64,000 nt of DNA, from NCBI GenBank assembly GCA_964016885.1, contig OZ024743.1:4340001-4404000 (forward strand), given 5' to 3'. This stretch comes from Eledone cirrhosa. Its lineage: Eukaryota. Below are positions 58,768 through 64,000 of this stretch, one piece after another (within the stretch, counting starts at the first letter, position 1; the number at the start of each line of letters is the position of its first letter). A program made the translations under genes and the position numbers. The notes beneath the pieces were generated by a model that was not told where the DNA came from, did no database searches, and worked only from the letters and a program-made list of their open reading frames with translations.

Positions 58768-59126
58768 ATATAAACAGTTTTATAGATAAATATATTCGAC
58801 ATACCGTAATAAACATCAACTTCATTTGAAGAGGTTTACTCTAGCAGTGAAAATACAGAGAGAAAGAAAGAGAGAAAGAAAAGAGGGAAAAACGAAAGAA
58901 AGAAAGACAAAACGAAGAGAAGGAAGAAAAAGAAGAAAAAGAAAAAGAAGAAATGCATGGAACAAAATAGAGAGATGGAAAAAATAGATAAAGTGAAGAG
59001 CTTCATGTAAAGAGACAGAAAGATATATATATATATAGAGAGAGAGGAAATAGAGATAGATACATATATATATATAGAAAATTAGGTAGTGGGAGGTCAT
59101 TTTGAGTAAGTGTATCAATGATACAT

Positions 59127-59165
<39 letters not shown>

Positions 59166-60655
59166 GCTCAAGTATTATTTTTTCTCTCTCTATATCTCTC
59201 TATATAGAGAGATATAGAGAGATATAGAGAGATATAGAGAGAGAAAAAAATTTAAAAATATCCAGACATATTCGAGGCGTAGAAAACCCTATGTTTTAAT
59301 GTATTAGTATTTATAAAACTTACACTACACTGTAAATATCAGTATTCCTGAATGAAACAAGTATTCACAATGTGTGAAAATTCATTATCTTATGTTTAGT
59401 TTTAAAAATTCATATGTCTATGTGACAGCTACAAATCTCAATGTGAATCCAACTAATTCACTCCGCAAACTCTAAGTTATCGGAAAACATTCTCAATGTG
59501 GTATAAAAATTTGAGCGTATTATTATTCTTGCGATTACTCTACAAGCAGAAATAGAGAGTAGATTTCAATATACTAATCGAAAATATATATTATATTATA
59601 AACATAATAATAAGTAAAAATATAGAATAGAAAACTAAAAAAAAAAAAAAAAAAAAAAAATATTACGAAAGAATATTACATAATAAAAATATTGCATATT
59701 AAAAATACTACGTATTAAAAAATATTACGTATTAAAGATTTACATATAAAAATTTACATATAAAAATATACATATAAAAATTTACATATAAAAATTTACA
59801 TATAAAAATATATAAAAATATTAAAAAAATAAAATAAAAAAATAAATAAAATAAAATAAAAATAAAAATATTATAGAATACTACAATACTAAAAGAATAA
59901 AAGTAAAAATAAAAATAAAAATAAAAATAAAAATAAAAATAAAAATAAAAATAAAAATAAAAATGAAAATAAAAATAAAAATAAACCACAAAAAAACAAC
60001 CCTTCAGAGTTAATTGACAATATATTGCCACGTTCACTACAAGACAAAGCCAAAAATTATCTATCAAATCACATCTGGCAAAGAATATCGTAAAAAGATT
60101 ATGATGTTCAATTATGTCTACATATGTTCCTATGTTTAATATAGAAGTTTATCTAGTGTAAGGTTAATTCAAAAAATTTGGAGCATCGGCTTTTAGGGTA
60201 GCTTAATTTTTCATGAGGAATGAAATATTATAATATAATATATATTTTCGATTAATATATTGAAATCTGCTCTCTATTTCTGCTTGATAGATAATCTTGT
60301 AGAGTAATCGCAAGAATAATAATACGCTCAAATTTTTATACCACATTGAGAATGTTTTCCGATAACTTAGAGTTTGCGGAGTGAATCAGTCGGATTCACA
60401 TTGAGATTTGTAGCTGTCACATAGACATATGAATTTTTAAAACTAAACATAAGATAATGAATTTTCACACATTGTGAATACTTGTTTCATTCAGGAATAC
60501 TGATATTTACAGTGTAATGTAAGTTTTATAAATACTAATACATTAAAACATAGGGTTTTCTACGCCTCGAATATGTCTGGATATTTTTAAATTTTTTTCT
60601 CTCTCTATATCTCTCTATATCTCTCTATATATCTCCCTTACATTAATACTTGAGC

Positions 60656-60690
<35 letters not shown>

Positions 60691-61278
60691 ATGTATCATT
60701 GATACACTTACTCAAAATGACCTCCCACTACCTAATTTTCTATATATATATATGTATCTATCTCTATTTCCTCTCTCTCTATATATATATATATCTTTCT
60801 GTCTCTTTACATGAAGCTCTTCACTTTATCTATTTTTTCCATCTCTCTATTTTGTTCCATGCATTTCTTCTTTTTCTTTTTCTTCTTTTTCTTCCTTCTC
60901 TTCGTTTTGTCTTTCTTTCTTTCGTTTTTCCCTCTTTTCTTTCTCTCTTTCTTTCTCTCTGTATTTTCACTGCTAGAGTAAACCTCTTCAAATGAAGTTG
61001 ATGTTTATTACGGTATGTCGAATATATTTATCTATAAAACTGTTTATATTGTATTTTGTCTGATGAAGGCATAGCATATTGTTAATATGATATCCCCGAA
61101 ATATATATAATGAAATAAATATGGTTTTATAAATATAGTTTTCCATTTATTTAATATTGTATATATATATATATATATATATGAGAAAAATGGAGAGCTG
61201 CGTGGTTGCAAATGGGTTACATATGAATAAAATTAGTCCTTCATCAGTGATCTTCCAACTTTCATTGGTATTTTATCG

Positions 61279-61329
<51 letters not shown>

Positions 61330-61333
<4 letters not shown>

Positions 61334-61814
61334 TAAACGGAATAAAAAATGCTGACAAATTGTTCACAGTGAAAAATAGTTTAATTAGGAATAAGTGAGA
61401 ATTAGTAATAGTATTGGTTAGTATTGAGTTTTGGTTTTAAGTTTTACTGGTTGCGCATTTCTAATGCTTTTCAAAAATAATTTTGAGATAGAGTGACCGT
61501 GATGTTTGCTCTGATCTGATTAGTTTTGGAAATTCTACCTGTTTTTATGTTAAAAAAGTGGCTCCAGCAGTATTAAAATAAGTTTTGCGCCAATTCGTGT
61601 TGCAAAAATTCTTGTGGTCAAAACAATTTTGATTGGTCGGTAGAGCTCATGTGAATGTAAAAAATTGATTTTGCGCCAAATGTAGGTTTGTGTCGGCTGA
61701 CTGAGAAATAAGACTTTCACAACAAATATGTGTGTGTGTGTGTGTGTAGTAGTAGTAAAGAGGTTCGTTGTTGTGATATGTTGACAGTTCAAATGCCTAT
61801 TAAGACAAGTGTGT

Positions 61815-61900
<86 letters not shown>

Positions 61901-64000
61901 GTGTGTGTGTGTGTGTGTCTCTTTGTATGTTAATGTACGCGTGTGTATGTGTGTGTGTATATATGTGTGTGTGTGTGTGTGAGAGAGAGAATGTGTGTGT
62001 GGGGGTGGACCAGTATTTATTACTGGTAAAATGCTGTACATTATTCGATATTTTCAGTAAAATTGATTCTCTCAATAGAACATCAAAAACCTTAATAATA
62101 AAAGGTGTGAAATGATATATAGTATTGGCATAATACCAAGGTGTGTGTGAGTGTGTCCAGATTGTACGTACTGCAAGGGGGATCCATTAGGCCTTGGCGT
62201 ATTGGAATACCTGTGCACAAATATGTATCTGGAGTGTGTCCAGAAATTGTATACCTGTGCACAAATTGTATACCCGTGCACAAATTGTACACATGTATCT
62301 GGAGTGTGTCCAGAAATTGTATACCTGTGCACAAATATATATCTGGAGTGTGTCCAGATTGTACGTACTGCAAGGGGAATTCATTAGGCCTTGCCGTATT
62401 GGAATACCTGTGCATAAATATGTATGTGCCCATCAGTGTGCAATGCATGTGTGCGTTTATGTATGTGTGTGTGTCGGCACGTTTATATCTATAGACATCA
62501 AAAGGTATGCAAATTTGTGTATATTTGTGTTGCACCATAGAACATATGTGTTTACGTATGTCATTGTGTTTATATGTGGGTAGAGATGTATGCTGATGTA
62601 GGTATGTATGCTGACGTGTGTATGTTTTTGGGTTCGTCTTAGGGAGAAGTGTTTAGACGGGGTCCGTATTTGTTAATAATGTAAGATTCCTTGCTGATGC
62701 GCTGGGCGTGGGTGGCATTATCTTTAAACTTGTAGAGGGGAAAGATTCTGAAGTTGGGATGATTTTGGGCGGCACAGGTATCAATGTGTTCACTCAGTGG
62801 TATTTTCCTGTATTCCCGTATTTTAATTTGGGATCTATGGACAGTCATGCGTTGGCGGAGGCTGTTTTGGGTCTGGCCTATGTATTGTTCTCGACAACCT
62901 GAGCAAGTTAATACATATATTAGATTTTCTGATGCGCATGTGAAATTGTGTTTTACTATAAAACGTTGTCCTTCTTTGAAATAGAATTCCGAACCCTCTA
63001 TTAGGTTGATGCAAATGCCACAGTTGGGTCTATCGCATTTTTTTACTGTGGGTTTCGTTGTTGTGGTTGGCAGTACTTTGGCATGTGTTAGGATGTTTTT
63101 CATTGACTTAGATTGTCTTTTGCTCTTTATGATATCGTGTGTTCGTAGGATTTGGTTCATTCTATGGTCCTTTTTCAACACAGGAATGTTCTGGAGGATG
63201 GTGTCAAAGGCCTCATTTTTGAGGGGGTTGTGTGTGGAGATGTATGGAAGAGCTTTTAGTTTCGGTTGATTTACTTTAGGGTGTCTAAGGCCTGGGTACT
63301 GAGTTTTAGGGCACGTTGGATTCCATTGTCAATTAGTGATGCAGGGTAGTCCCTGCCTATGAGTGTGTCCTTTAGTTCTTGTAGCCGTAAGTAGCAGGTG
63401 TTTTTATTGGACAATATAGTACAGATTCTCTTGGCTAAGTTGTAGGGAATATTAATTTTAACGTGTCTAGGGTGGCAAGAGTTGAAAGGAAGATATTGCT
63501 TGGAGTCTGTGGGCTTGTAGTATATGTCTGTTTCTATTTTTTTGTTATAGATCTTAATGAGGATGTCGAGGAAGGGGAGTTATTGATGGCTGTATTCCAT
63601 CGTGAAGTTAATATTCGTGTTTAGCCCATTTATAAGGGTGTGAAATTCTTTAAGTTTCACGATGTTTTCGTGCCAAAGGATGAAGTAGTTATCTAGATAT
63701 CGCTTCCAGTTCCTTTCTATGTGTAAGTGGAGAGTGTTTCCAAATTTGTTTAGGACTTTAGTGTAGAGGGTGATTTCCAGGTATCCCATGACTAGGTTGG
63801 CATAAGTGGGGGCTGTTTTCGTTCCCATAGCGGTACCAGATTTCTGCCTGTAGGGTTTGTTATTGAAAACAAAGTAATTGTTCTCCAAGATAAATTTGAG
63901 TCCCTCTATCACGAATTCTTTTTTGATGCGTTGTGGGAGTTCATTGTGATAATTATCCAGCCAGAATTGGATAACTTCTATTCCTAGGTTGTGGGGGATG
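61330..64000 (-). mobile_element. Decayed Neptune-like PLE (RT + CxxC linker + GIY-YIG, coding end 62639), running off the window
   Basis: QKSGTAMGTKTAPTYANL, RYLDN (catalytic D lost), stop at 63580, YYKPTD..SCHP, CDRPNCGIC..FTCASENLIYVLTCSGCREQYIGQT; nested tandem repeats at 62148-62420. Confidence 0.88.

Larger units (their letters stand above)
54578..61160 (-). mobile_element. Near full-length Naiad-type Penelope-like retroelement: inverted pLTR (60223-61160), direct 5' pLTR (58567-60221), ORF, 3' pLTR (54578-56305)
   Basis: About 1.6-kb near-identical direct repeats plus a ~0.94-kb inverted copy; three HHRs (54762-54768, 58751-58757 and 61060-61066 cores); (AT)n on both flanks. Confidence 0.95.

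Overview
AT-rich, microsatellite-dense eukaryotic DNA with long (AT)n, (GT)n, (CT)n and (GAA)n tracts. The SINE families and repeat landscape suggest an octopus/coleoid genome (inference). The only host gene I can support is the first coding exon of an N-acylated (MGC-) globin on the minus strand (21727-21938), ending at the conserved B12.2 intron, so 1-21726 is probably intronic. The rest is transposon-derived and dominated by Penelope-like elements (PLEs). One Naiad-type element is young and nearly intact (54578-61160; RT + GIY-YIG, a single homopolymer frameshift, direct and inverted pseudo-LTRs), and many others are 5'-truncated with inverted 5' ends. At least 15 type I hammerhead ribozyme (HHR) motifs are visible. 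The window also holds an internally deleted Chapaev3 DNA transposon with TIRs and a TTA TSD, decayed R4/Dong, HERO and Tx1-like LINE fragments, and tRNA-derived SINEs. Most notable: (i) a non-coding ~706-nt retrozyme-like unit whose HHR has a large stem II insertion able to form mutually exclusive folds; (ii) a conserved GT-AG intron candidate bracketing the HHR in the Naiad pLTR; (iii) many fold-back structures, including a zero-spacer palindrome and a 1.3-kb-arm hairpin. Coordinates were read by eye and element ends may be off by a few bases.
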